A stretch of 64,000 nucleotides of DNA from Candidatus Ryanbacteria bacterium RIFCSPHIGHO2_02_FULL_45_17b (GCA_001819815.1 MHNO01000009.1:460-64459); one strand, 5' to 3'. Positions 1 to 9,036 are shown, counted from the first letter of the stretch. Notes: a model not told the origin generated them from the sequence alone. Numbers and translations: made by a program.

Positions 1-2
1 GA

Positions 3-197
3 GGTCGCTCCAAAGTACGGAGCAAACGCATACCTGAGAATGTCTGTACCGATGACGAGCACGAGTGGGGAGAGATGGAGGGTGATGTGGAGCTCAAAGA
101 ATTTCCGTATTATTATAGTGATGTTAAAGCGTTTCTCGCGGCCAAAACCCTCTGGGAATGGGAACATGTGTTTTGGTTAAAAAAGATTGGATATTTG
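3..197 (+). CDS. 3' end of an unidentified gene; the gene enters from beyond the window start and no start codon lies in the window
   Basis: Open frame from position 3 with coding-like composition (...EFPYYYSDVKAFLAAKTLWEWEHVFWLKRLDI) ending at TGA 195-197. Not in the ORF track because it has no Met in the window. Confidence 0.3.
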
Positions 198-250
198 AGA
201 TAACTGCGGTCAGCAGAAAAATTGCCGTAAATAACGGCCATAAACGTATG

Positions 251-283
251 AACGCCCTGTTTCGTGTCGCGAAACAGGGCGTT
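251..283. terminator. GC-rich hairpin between convergent genes (candidate bidirectional terminator)
   Basis: aacgccctgtttcg-tgtcg-cgaaacagggcgtt is a perfect 14-bp stem. It lies 3' of the minus-strand ORF 306..749 and 3' of the plus-strand partial ORF ending at 197. Flanking T-runs are weak. Confidence 0.4.
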
Positions 284-305
284 GGGCTTGAGGTTGCTAG
301 GCACA

Positions 306-749
306 TCACTCTTCGGAGCTTCGAGAAATATGCTCCAAGAGCCAAGGGAGCTCTTCGATAGTGATCTTCGGAAACTCTATTTTTTGAACTGGGGATTTAG
401 CGGCCTCCGCCTTCTCCAGCTCACCACCACAAATATAATTGAGGAGCTCATGAAGCGCCCCGGGCGACATGTTGCAGACAAAAGTCTGTTGCTTTGGGGA
501 GGTCAGACTTCCTTCCCATGGGTCCCCCCACGTGTTGCTGACAACTTCCTGTCCTTTTGTAGATAGGTGCACCCTTAGACACTTGTTTTCACTAGGGTGC
601 GTGATAATAACCTCAATCAACCTTTCCCCTGCAATTGTTATCGTGCCCCTGGTAACTGCCTTACTCCCCCTTAGAGCTGCCTGCGCAATTTCTGTCATGT
701 GGGCTACCAGTGCCCCGAAACCAGGAAGGTTTGCGCTTTGGTTAACCAT
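306..749 (-). CDS. hypothetical protein (about 147 aa)
   Basis: Internal start MVNQSANLPGF... is preceded by a strong SD (AGGAGGT, 6 nt spacing). No recognisable motif. The track ORF 306..797 extends further upstream. Confidence 0.45.
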   Translation of the reverse strand: MVNQSANLPGFGALVAHMTEIAQAALRGSKAVTRGTITIAGERLIEVIITHPSENKCLRVHLSTKGQEVVSNTWGDPWEGSLTSPKQQTFVCNMSPGALHELLNYICGGELEKAEAAKSPVQKIEFPKITIEELPWLLEHISRSSEE

Positions 750-977
750 GTTGTACCTCCTAATTGTGAATTTGATAGCATCATACAGAACTAGCATAGT
801 CTTGTCAAGTACATAACTTTACCAAGCGGTTTGAAGCGAGCGGCAGCGGGAAATCACCATGGCTTTCTATCAGAATGCGCTGGAACTTGGTATCCCATTC
901 ATCGTCGTTGATACGCAACGTTTTTCTCCAAACCAATGCGCCGACATAATAATTGCGGCACTTGGAAACTAAGCAAA

Positions 978-1008
978 GGGCGATCAAATTGGTCGCCCCT
1001 CTTTTATT
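978..1008 (+). terminator. rho-independent terminator-like hairpin
   Basis: gggcga-tcaaattgg-tcgccc is followed by ctcttttatt. It sits just 3' of a 37-aa sORF (859..972) and about 30 nt upstream of the CYTH gene. Confidence 0.4.
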
Positions 1009-1036
1009 ACACTAAAAAAATTGTTACGATGATGTT

Positions 1037-1648
1037 ATGCAACAAATAAAATCTAAAAATATAGAGGTTGAAATTCGTGCGCGTCTTGATAATACAACCG
1101 AATTTAGAAAAGTACTTAATACTATTGGTGTAAAGCAAGTATCTTCGCTCTATGTGCATGATATCTACTTTTGTCTAAAAACCGCAAACAAAGTTGAGGA
1201 TGTAGAAATGAATAAAATCGGATCATATAGTCTTCGTCTGCGCAAATCAAAAAAGGAAGGAGAAAATGAACATATCACCATCAACACAAAGACCATTACT
1301 AATTATGGTGATCATAATGCATGGGAAGAACACGAGGTTGAGGTCAATGATTTTTTAGAAGCCGCTGAAATACTAGACACCACCGAATTTAAACCTTTCT
1401 TTGAATTAGAGAAAACGAGATATGTTTACGCATTGGATAGTATGGAGATATGTGTTGAAGATATAATTGATTTTGGCGGAGCGGTAGAAGTCGAGATTAT
1501 GTCATTAAAAGGAGAAGAAAATAGTGCTAAGGAAAAAATTTTGGATTTTCTTAACAAATGTAATATTAGTAATGAACATATAGTTCCTAAAAGTATTACC
1601 AATATCATTATGAAAGAACGCGCGTTCAAGCAGGAAATCACCATATAA
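1037..1648 (+). CDS. CYTH-domain protein (class IV adenylate cyclase / triphosphate tunnel metalloenzyme-like)
   Basis: N-terminal IEVEIRARL resembles the CYTH EIEhKhrl motif. Size about 200 aa. Function is a family-level guess. Confidence 0.5.
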   Translation: MQQIKSKNIEVEIRARLDNTTEFRKVLNTIGVKQVSSLYVHDIYFCLKTANKVEDVEMNKIGSYSLRLRKSKKEGENEHITINTKTITNYGDHNAWEEHEVEVNDFLEAAEILDTTEFKPFFELEKTRYVYALDSMEICVEDIIDFGGAVEVEIMSLKGEENSAKEKILDFLNKCNISNEHIVPKSITNIIMKERAFKQEITI

Positions 1649-1650
1649 AA

Positions 1651-1971
1651 ATCCCTCACGCAGATTGGAAATGGGGTCAGTCCCCATTATTAGTAAAGGC
1701 AGAAAACTGGAAATGGTCCAGTCTATGGAGAAGGGAATACGGTATCGTAAAAGACCAAAAACTCCTTTCCAAATGGCCAATAGAAATTCCTGATGAGTAT
1801 CTTCAATTTATCAATGAACCGCAAACCGCACCAGAATTAGAAGATATACGCCACAGTGTCATTAAAAGCAAACCCTACGGCGATGTTGCCTGGGTTGAAA
1901 AAATATCAACTAAACTCGGACTGGAACAGACACTTCATGCGCCAGGACGACCAAAAAAGAATGGGGACTGA
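1651..1971 (+). pseudogene. C-terminal remnant of an IS200/RayT-like HUH (Y1) transposase; no start codon and no HUH N-terminal domain
   Basis: Frame-1 translation ...LLVKAENWKWSSLWRREYG...LGLEQTLHAPGRPKK* resembles the conserved YPWSS...LG.E.F...RGRPRK C-terminus of COG1943 transposases. It begins directly after the CYTH stop codon with no Met. Confidence 0.4.
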
Positions 1972-2422
1972 CCCCATTATCCGGAAAATCCTTTTATTGA
2001 CTAGGGATCCTCGGGGTCTGGCTTCTTCGAATAAACTCGCGGGTATTCGGAAGAATGTGCCTAGGTCAGTCTCATCAAAAATCCCAGTCTATATTGAGTT
2101 TGCGCAAAGAGCACTACGATTATTGGAGTCTCATAGTCTTGTTTTGCTCCTCCGATACGAAGATCTCTGTGCAAATCCATCTGGCACAATCCGCAAGGTA
2201 TGCAACTTCTTAGGTGTAACCTACAATGAGTCAATGTTGCAATTCAAAGAGGACCGAGGGCATGTACTGAAAGGTAACCGTATGATATTTGACGAGAGAA
2301 ATACAATCTCTGAAGATACAAGCTGGATTGATATCCTGACAAGTAATGAGATTTTTTCACTTGTAGAGAATCAACAGCTAATATCCCTGTATCAAAAACT
2401 TGGGTACAAACTTACTAACTAA
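1856..2422 (+). pseudogene. N-terminally truncated sulfotransferase (PAPS 3'-phosphate-binding half only)
   Basis: LLLTRDPRGLASS matches the RDPRD...S 3'PB motif, and YEDLCANP...FLGV matches the sulfotransferase C-terminal signature. The 5'PSB P-loop (PKSGTT) is absent. The first ~40 codons overlap the transposase remnant in another frame. Confidence 0.5.
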
Positions 2423-2436
2423 GAGGAGGGCTGTTC

Positions 2437-3300
2437 ATGTTTGCAGTCCTGTCATATGACCCCCAGAAAGTATGGGTCGACCAGAAGGCAGGCATGGTTG
2501 TTGTAAGAAAAAGAACCATCCCCCATGAATATGAGGGGATACTACAGGCACACCAATATCTTACGCGATATCCCTTGAGTCTTCTAGTAAACGGTTCCAT
2601 CTACTCTGTTAAACCAGTCCCTTTAGTGTCCTGGGAAAATGAAAAGTCCTTACTCACCACACTATTTTGTGATGGTGAGAATTTAGAACACATTCTTAGA
2701 AAAACAAGTCTCGCAGAACGATCCTCATGGTTAATATTCTGCAAGGATTTATTTTCTAAGATGCGCTCGATAGGATTTCTATGGGGAGACTGCGCTCCAA
2801 GAAACATAGTCATCCAAGAAAAAAAGCGCTTAGTAAGGATAATGGATTTCGAGAGAGAACAATGCTTCCTAAGCACATCGGTTGATGAATCCAGCTTCCG
2901 TAGGTTCGTACGCAATTATGCGTACGAGGAGTTCTCATCGTTTTTATTCAAATCTGAACAGAAAAAGGTTTTCTCTGAGTCTCTTAAGGGGGAAACAATG
3001 GAACACATCCATTTAACCAAAATTACTTCTATGAGAAGACGCAGAATACTCGAGAAGCAATTCGGACGGAAAGAGGCTTACGCGGGGAGAGAAGTTGAGG
3101 ACGTTGAGGACATCATGGTATTCGCCGCTACACCATTTATGTTGGACGGAGTGGTATACTTCCCTATGGATTTTCTTGAAAAGATCGGGAGAAACGGAGG
3201 ACTAGATGCCTACACGCGAGTTGTTGAAAAAATCAGAAAACTCGCCGACACAAAGGATAGATTTCGGGAGCTTACGAAAGCTAGAGCAACTCTCCGATAA
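2437..3300 (+). CDS. protein-kinase-like fold protein (atypical kinase; Kdo/WaaP/RIO/APH-like)
   Basis: LWGDCAPRNIVI resembles the catalytic loop HGDLhpgNil, and IMDFE is DFG-like. An SD AGGAGGG lies 7 nt upstream of the ATG, immediately after the sulfotransferase stop. Confidence 0.55.
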   Translation: MFAVLSYDPQKVWVDQKAGMVVVRKRTIPHEYEGILQAHQYLTRYPLSLLVNGSIYSVKPVPLVSWENEKSLLTTLFCDGENLEHILRKTSLAERSSWLIFCKDLFSKMRSIGFLWGDCAPRNIVIQEKKRLVRIMDFEREQCFLSTSVDESSFRRFVRNYAYEEFSSFLFKSEQKKVFSESLKGETMEHIHLTKITSMRRRRILEKQFGRKEAYAGREVEDVEDIMVFAATPFMLDGVVYFPMDFLEKIGRNGGLDAYTRVVEKIRKLADTKDRFRELTKARATLR

Positions 3301-4048
3301 CTTTGTCCTTTTTTCTTCACCAGATGGTAGCGTATTTCTAGGTTCTCCTATGTATAACATCCTCATCGGGGCTAAGCACGAAAGATTTATACCGCGTAGT
3401 GGATTAATACTAGGAGAAGCACTAATCAGAAACAAACTGACTTCCAAGCATGGTCTCGATATCGGGACAGGAGAGAGTGGAATTCTAGCACATTGTCTAA
3501 TTGCGGCTGGAGTACAAACAGTTACTGCAGTAGATATAAAAGCTTCAGCTTTGCATTATGCAAAGAGCATGGACTTGAGAGCGGGGAGCATAACATGGAT
3601 AGAAAGCAACATCTTTGCTAAGCTCACGGTGGATGTTTTATATGACATAATAGTTAGTAATCCACCACAGATGCCTATGAGAACTCCTGGGGAACTGCAT
3701 GACTATGGGGGAGAGGATGGACGAGAAATCATCCTTAAAATCATAGAAGGCTGTTCTTCCTTCCTGACTACTAACGGACAGCTATACATCCTGTGCTTTG
3801 ATTTTCTAGGAGTTGATACCCCATATAATACCAGACCTTCCTTAATTGCTATCGCTGAGAGTATGGGCTTCAACTCCATAATCATATCTAGAAATCAACG
3901 CCGAGTGCGGAATCACGGGAAAACAAAAGAGAACATCGCTTGGATCAAGGAAGTATATCCTGGCTATGTATTTCGAGAGCTGGATGATGGAACTTTAATT
4001 CATGACGTTTTTGTTTTACAACTCAAACGCGTCAGTTTAGTCCCATAA
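3206..4048 (+). CDS. class I SAM-dependent methyltransferase (HemK/PrmC-like with an NPPQ variant of the (D/N)PPY motif)
   Basis: Motif I LDIGTGESGILA and motif IV IVSNPPQMP. The first ~48 codons overlap the upstream gene, so the real start may be the ATG at 3350 (MYNILIG...). Confidence 0.65.
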   Translation: MPTRELLKKSENSPTQRIDFGSLRKLEQLSDNFVLFSSPDGSVFLGSPMYNILIGAKHERFIPRSGLILGEALIRNKLTSKHGLDIGTGESGILAHCLIAAGVQTVTAVDIKASALHYAKSMDLRAGSITWIESNIFAKLTVDVLYDIIVSNPPQMPMRTPGELHDYGGEDGREIILKIIEGCSSFLTTNGQLYILCFDFLGVDTPYNTRPSLIAIAESMGFNSIIISRNQRRVRNHGKTKENIAWIKEVYPGYVFRELDDGTLIHDVFVLQLKRVSLVP

Positions 4049-4075
4049 AGGGAGATTCGTCTCCCTTTTTAATTT

Positions 4076-4564
4076 TTAATCAAAAGGAATTTGCTTGTAC
4101 ATAGCCAACGGGTAAGATTCATTTCTTAACCATTGATGAACAATAGCGAATGAACGAGAAGAGATAAATTCCTCTTTTGGGATACTGGCGATTTCCTCTC
4201 TCGTGAACCACTTGACTTCTATAATTGATTCTTGCCGCAAATCTTGATCTTCTTTCCTCGGGATAGCTGGCTTACCTTCAGTTGCTTCAACCAAAAACGC
4301 GAACAGAGCGCGGAATTTCGTTTCATCGGAGGAAATGTAAGCACCTAGAAAGTTTTTAACTTCAACATTCACCAAAGCCTCTTCTTTACATTCGCGGATA
4401 GTTGCTTCCAGAATTGTTTCATTCTCTCTGTCTCCGTATGTCCCCTGAATAATATTCCATAAAGGCCTATCTTTTTTCTTAATCTTCTCCTTGATGAACA
4501 GAGCCTTGTCGCCAACCTGATTAGTTACAAGCGCACCTACTTTAATTTTTATATCGTCAATCAT
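4076..4564 (-). CDS. NUDIX hydrolase
   Basis: Nudix box GTYGDRENETILEATIRECKEEALV (G x5 E x7 RE x2 EE). Likely start is the internal MIDDIKIKVGALV; the track ORF runs to 4630. Confidence 0.75.
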   Translation of the reverse strand: MIDDIKIKVGALVTNQVGDKALFIKEKIKKKDRPLWNIIQGTYGDRENETILEATIRECKEEALVNVEVKNFLGAYISSDETKFRALFAFLVEATEGKPAIPRKEDQDLRQESIIEVKWFTREEIASIPKEEFISSRSFAIVHQWLRNESYPLAMYKQIPFD

Positions 4565-4670
4565 AAACAGTATATTAACATAAAAGTACTGGCATAAAAG
4601 GCACTCTTGCGCACCACACATAGTTCGCACTCAAAGCTCTCCCAAACCTGTGCATACGTCGGAGATTTCT

Positions 4671-5360
4671 TTACAACTCTTTTGTTTTGGTATGCGAAAA
4701 ACTATTTGACAAATTAAAGTTTTTTAAATAAAGGGAGGACTTGGAAGAAATAAGTTGTGACGCTAGTGTTTTTGGATATTTTTGTAAATAGGCAGCAACA
4801 AAATCATACCCCAAAGTATAAGCTGTCCAACGAGGAATCCTCCTTACTACTGAACCATAGAACCATGCGTTATGATCATATGTGGACATATTCCATTCTT
4901 TAGAAGCTCGTTCTAAAAATATGTTCTTTTGTTTTTGAGTTAATGCAATAGACCACGATAGTGGATTTTTTCTGCCCGTTACCTCTATAGCAAAATGGTC
5001 GGCGAGTCCTTCAGATATTATGGCTTCAAATAATGTTTCTTTGTGTATAGGAGTACGGAAACGAATGGCATGGTTTATCTCGTGGGCAAGTATATAAGGA
5101 AGCTCTTTTTTAATTCCGTCTTGAAATTTTGAATTTCGTGGATCCAGTGAAATAAATACAACATTGGCACAGGGCGTATACCCTCCGATACCAGTTTCTT
5201 TGAAAGTCGCCCCAGGATTATTATAAAAAACTACATCAATATCCTCCAGTGGCACGAGCTTTTTTATTAACATCCCTATAGATTTTGTTACAGAGCACAG
5301 TTCTTCCACAAATGGATTTAAACCTTTTGAACTAGATAATATGTGCACGTTTATAGACAT
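4671..5360 (-). CDS. putative Zn-dependent peptidase (HExxH; DUF2268-like)
   Basis: HEINH motif in ...YILAHEINHAIRF. Size about 229 aa. The family assignment is from memory. Confidence 0.45.
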   Translation of the reverse strand: MSINVHILSSSKGLNPFVEELCSVTKSIGMLIKKLVPLEDIDVVFYNNPGATFKETGIGGYTPCANVVFISLDPRNSKFQDGIKKELPYILAHEINHAIRFRTPIHKETLFEAIISEGLADHFAIEVTGRKNPLSWSIALTQKQKNIFLERASKEWNMSTYDHNAWFYGSVVRRIPRWTAYTLGYDFVAAYLQKYPKTLASQLISSKSSLYLKNFNLSNSFSHTKTKEL

Positions 5361-5640
5361 GGAGAAACAACCATTTTATATCACCCCCTCTCTTGCTTGA
5401 TTACTCACGCGAATAAGTGTGGGTTTGAAGGATGGCCCATACTCCATTTGTAACCTAACATTTCCATCCTAGAATATCCACGGCACGTTATTCACGATTT
5501 TTACAACATATAGAACTCTCCCAAACCTACATAAGGGTGTACAGCGAAGGAAATTATTAGCTCATTCTCAAGGAGGAGAAAAATAAACACACAAGTCACT
5601 AATGGAGCAACTAACTCAATTTGGTCCTCTCAAAAATTCA

Positions 5641-5684
5641 TATAGGCTAAGCAACAATAAAGTTGCCTAGCCTATCTTTTTTTA
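5641..5684 (+). terminator. rho-independent terminator-like hairpin
   Basis: ataggctaagcaac-aataaa-gttgcctagcctat has one mismatch in a 14-bp stem and is followed by ctttttttat. It lies about 20 nt upstream of the pyrophosphatase-like gene. Confidence 0.5.
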
Positions 5685-5702
5685 TCCACTATAATAAAAA
5701 AT

Positions 5703-6080
5703 ATGCAGGATAATACTAAACAGTCAGGCAATTACGCTACACAATTTATCGGCAAAGAAGTAGAAATAATAATTGATCGACCCCTTCATTCGAAACATCC
5801 GAAGTATGGTTTTGTTTATGAGATCAACTATGGATTTATACCAAACACAAAGGCTCCAGACGGCGAGGGAATAGACGCATATCTTCTTGGCATCGATGAT
5901 CCAGTCGAGACTTATACAGGTAAATGCATCGCCGTCGTTCATCGCCTCAATGATGCCGATGACAAGCTTGTAGTGATACCGGTGTCACTTGGTGATGTAG
6001 ACGACGAAGAAATCCGAAGATCAACACATTTCCAAGAACAATTCTTCACTTCCGAAATTATTCGGGAAACAGATGAATAA
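5703..6080 (+). CDS. family I inorganic pyrophosphatase-like protein, N-terminally short and divergent
   Basis: EINYGFIPNTKAPDGEGIDAYLLG aligns to the PPase NYGFIPQT...DGDPLDVLV region. DADDKLVVIPV aligns to DEAGEDAKLVAVP. Only 125 aa, with DGDPLD changed to DGEGID. Confidence 0.55.
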   Translation: MQDNTKQSGNYATQFIGKEVEIIIDRPLHSKHPKYGFVYEINYGFIPNTKAPDGEGIDAYLLGIDDPVETYTGKCIAVVHRLNDADDKLVVIPVSLGDVDDEEIRRSTHFQEQFFTSEIIRETDE

Positions 6081-6127
6081 GAATAAGACCGAGAGTTTTT
6101 TTGCTCTCTGCCGTTTTTAATTAAAAT

Positions 6128-6463
6128 ATGAACATAAAGTATACAATTTGGAAAATAAAATCGGGCAAGCTGGAAGTTTGGAAAGCTTGGTGTCATGAAT
6201 TAATGACTACTCGTTACGAGGAGGCGCTTATTACTATTTCGGAAGAAAACTTAGTCCATGAGAAATGCGTTATTTTTGAAAAAGAAGGAGAAAATTATGT
6301 AATATATACACATGGAACAGTAGAAGGAAAAGCAAAAAAGAAAGCAAATATGGATCACGCAGTAAACAAAAAACACTTCAAGATAATGAAAGAATGTCTG
6401 GAGTATGTATATGATACTGGTTGGTTTGCACCTCTGAACGGGTATGAGCTTGAAAGAAATTAA
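6128..6463 (+). CDS. hypothetical protein
   Basis: 111-aa ORF with no recognisable motif and AT-rich island codon usage. Confidence 0.35.
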   Translation: MNIKYTIWKIKSGKLEVWKAWCHELMTTRYEEALITISEENLVHEKCVIFEKEGENYVIYTHGTVEGKAKKKANMDHAVNKKHFKIMKECLEYVYDTGWFAPLNGYELERN

Positions 6464-6597
6464 TTATGTTGTGCCAAAGATAGAGTCCTTGTGGACTAGG
6501 TTGCAATAAAAAACCAATTTTTGCAAGTTATTTCACTTATCCACAGCCTTTAGCACCGGCTTGTAAAATTTATTGATATATGGTATAATCGTGGCAT

Positions 6598-7326
6598 ATG
6601 GAAACAGCTACCCTTGTTAATTTCAAACAAAAATTTAACACCCCGCCCCCTGTATGGTTTAAGGATGTAAAAGAAGAAGCGTATAAAAAAATCACCACAG
6701 CGCCATTTGCGGAAGCATGCCGACGAGGCGACAAAGAAAGCATAAAAAAACTGATAGTTGGTTTGTGGCCTTTTGTTGATGTGTTTCCACGACTGGTAGG
6801 TCAAAAATATATGTATCTTTTTACTAATCCACGGTTGTACTTTCGACATGGACCACTAAACATGTTGTCACTTGCATCTAATACGGTTGTGTTTTTAAGA
6901 AGTATAGCGAGTGATGAAAAAAGTCATCGTTTGTTATGGCTTGATTCCGGATCTGCGGTTGGTTTGGAATATCCAGAAAATTATGCTCCCATCAGCCCAC
7001 AAACACAAGTTTGGAAAGATGGAGTTGCGAATGAAACTGAGCCTTCAGAAATGCTTTTTGGATACGTTGCCATTGAAATTATAGCGGAATCTGTAAGTAA
7101 AGATTTGATACACTCAGATATTTTTAAATCAACCCTCGGCGAAAAAGGAATGAAGTGGTTTCTAGTACACACCATTGATCATGGCGATATATCACATGAA
7201 AATCTAGAACTGCAATTAGCCTTAGCCTTTCATAGAAAACATGATGAAAACATTTCTGAAATTGCCGCACGTAAAATTATGAAAGTGGTGGATGATTTCC
7301 TCGCGTCAGCAAACGCGTGTGTATAG
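6598..7326 (+). CDS. heme-oxygenase-like fold protein (TenA/PqqC/CADD-type iron-containing redox enzyme-like)
   Basis: Helical protein with candidate metal ligands in ...YVAIEIIAESV... and ...LVHTIDHGDISHE.... Tentative. Confidence 0.4.
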   Translation: METATLVNFKQKFNTPPPVWFKDVKEEAYKKITTAPFAEACRRGDKESIKKLIVGLWPFVDVFPRLVGQKYMYLFTNPRLYFRHGPLNMLSLASNTVVFLRSIASDEKSHRLLWLDSGSAVGLEYPENYAPISPQTQVWKDGVANETEPSEMLFGYVAIEIIAESVSKDLIHSDIFKSTLGEKGMKWFLVHTIDHGDISHENLELQLALAFHRKHDENISEIAARKIMKVVDDFLASANACV

Positions 7327-7347
7327 GCTAACATATCTCATCTCTAG

Positions 7348-8994
7348 ATGACGTTTATAAACATCGTCGCTCTTACCGTCACGGCTATATATTTAATGCT
7401 AGGTGGTATCGTCTACGCACACAGCCGACGACAGATGAGTGAGATTTTTTTTGGGTTACTATCACTCTGTCTCACGGCGTGGGGACTTGCCACTTTTCTT
7501 ACTGTTTCAACTTCGCAATCAGCCTTACTCTTCAAAATTGGCATATATGCACACTATGTGGCGGGTAATCTTATATTTCTTAGCTTTTTTTGGTTTTCAG
7601 TTTATTTTCCGGAACGAACAAAACGCTCGCTTATACTGCCTCTTCTCATTACGCTTATTGATAGTGTTATTATTTTTGCCCTCATATTAAGTAATTTCTT
7701 ATTTACATCATTTTTTATTGATCTTGCAAATCAAAAACAAGTCATCTTTAACAATATTGGCTATACCCTCTATACCTTATGCACTTTAGCACTCTTTGTT
7801 GCAGGGACGATAATACTATTCAAAAAATATAAAAGACAACATGATGCTAATAAAATACCTATTCTTTACGTGTTTTTTGGTAGCATCATGGCAAGCGTCC
7901 CTGCGCTTATTTCAAATCTTATTTTACCTGCTTTTGGACAGTTTACCTTTTTTGCGATGGGCCCTATTTTTGGCATTTTTTTTGTAATTTGTATTGCTTA
8001 CGCCGTTTTTAAGCATAACCTTCTCAATGTAAAAATTGTTGCCACGGAGTTTTTTGTTTCTCTTATTATTCTCATTCTTGTTATTGAGGTATTTTCGGCG
8101 AATTCAATTTTGGAATTCGTAATAAAGACAATCACCCTTGCCGCGGTGTCTATTTTGAGCTATCTCATCATCCGGAGCGTGTTAAAGGAAGTACAAATCC
8201 GCGAGCAAATAGAACAACTTGCCGGAGATTTAGAAAAAGCAAATGAAGAACTTGCGCGCATAAACCAAGCAAAATCAGACTTTATTTCCATGGCTTCACA
8301 CCAATTAAAAACACCCTTGTCTATCATCAAAGGATATATTTCCATGACCCTTGAGGGAAGTTTCGGGAAAATAACCAAAATGACAAAAGACCAGCTGGAA
8401 AAAGTTTTCATTTCAAATGAACGGCTTATTTCTCTCGTGGAAGACTTGCTTAATCTTTCCCGCGTGGAAGAAGGCCGCATGAAATATGACTGGAGTGAAG
8501 AAAACATTCCGGACATCGTTCAAGAAACGGTAGAAGAAGTGCGCGTAACAGCGGAACATAAACACATTAAACTCATCTGGAAATCGCCAACAGAAAAACT
8601 CCGCGCCCGCGTGGATCTCAATAAAATCCGAAATGTTATTTTTAACATGCTTGATAACGCCATAAAATATACCGAAAAAGGATCAATCACGGTTGCCGTA
8701 ACACGACACGATACAGCCATTCGTGTTTCCGTAACCGATACCGGCAGGGGAATTTCCGCGCCGCAAATTCAAAAACTCTTTACCAAATTTACGCGCATAG
8801 TTGAAGGAAAAAGCAACCTTACGACGGCAGGTTTTGGGTTGGGACTATACGTTGCGCGGCTTATTGTGGAAGAACACGGCGGCCGCATTTGGGCTGAATC
8901 CGCGGGAATAGGAAAGGGAAGCACCTTTATTTTGGAATTGTCGACGGCAAACCAAGGAATTGAAAAAGGTGGGAAAAATGCTATATTGAAATAA
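7348..8994 (+). CDS. sensor histidine kinase with multi-TM N-terminal sensor
   Basis: About 8 predicted TM helices, then HisKA H-box MASHQLKTPLSII and HATPase_c G-boxes (TDTGRGIS, GFGLGLYVARLIVEEHGGRIW). No adjacent response regulator. Confidence 0.85.
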   Translation: MTFINIVALTVTAIYLMLGGIVYAHSRRQMSEIFFGLLSLCLTAWGLATFLTVSTSQSALLFKIGIYAHYVAGNLIFLSFFWFSVYFPERTKRSLILPLLITLIDSVIIFALILSNFLFTSFFIDLANQKQVIFNNIGYTLYTLCTLALFVAGTIILFKKYKRQHDANKIPILYVFFGSIMASVPALISNLILPAFGQFTFFAMGPIFGIFFVICIAYAVFKHNLLNVKIVATEFFVSLIILILVIEVFSANSILEFVIKTITLAAVSILSYLIIRSVLKEVQIREQIEQLAGDLEKANEELARINQAKSDFISMASHQLKTPLSIIKGYISMTLEGSFGKITKMTKDQLEKVFISNERLISLVEDLLNLSRVEEGRMKYDWSEENIPDIVQETVEEVRVTAEHKHIKLIWKSPTEKLRARVDLNKIRNVIFNMLDNAIKYTEKGSITVAVTRHDTAIRVSVTDTGRGISAPQIQKLFTKFTRIVEGKSNLTTAGFGLGLYVARLIVEEHGGRIWAESAGIGKGSTFILELSTANQGIEKGGKNAILK

Positions 8995-9036
8995 TTCGAT
9001 AGGGGGTCATCGAATGACGTATTATTATTTCAATCT

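Noticed and set aside
158-816. Plus-strand ORFs 158-361, 264-566 and 469-816
   Set aside because: They overlap each other and the better-supported minus-strand ORF 306-749 (strong SD), and their composition is non-protein-like. They were kept only as context for a possible noncoding stretch.
8992-9030. Short AT-rich hairpin (ttcgat...atcgaa) after the histidine kinase
   Set aside because: The stem is only 6 bp with a weak GC clamp. It is insufficient to call a terminator.
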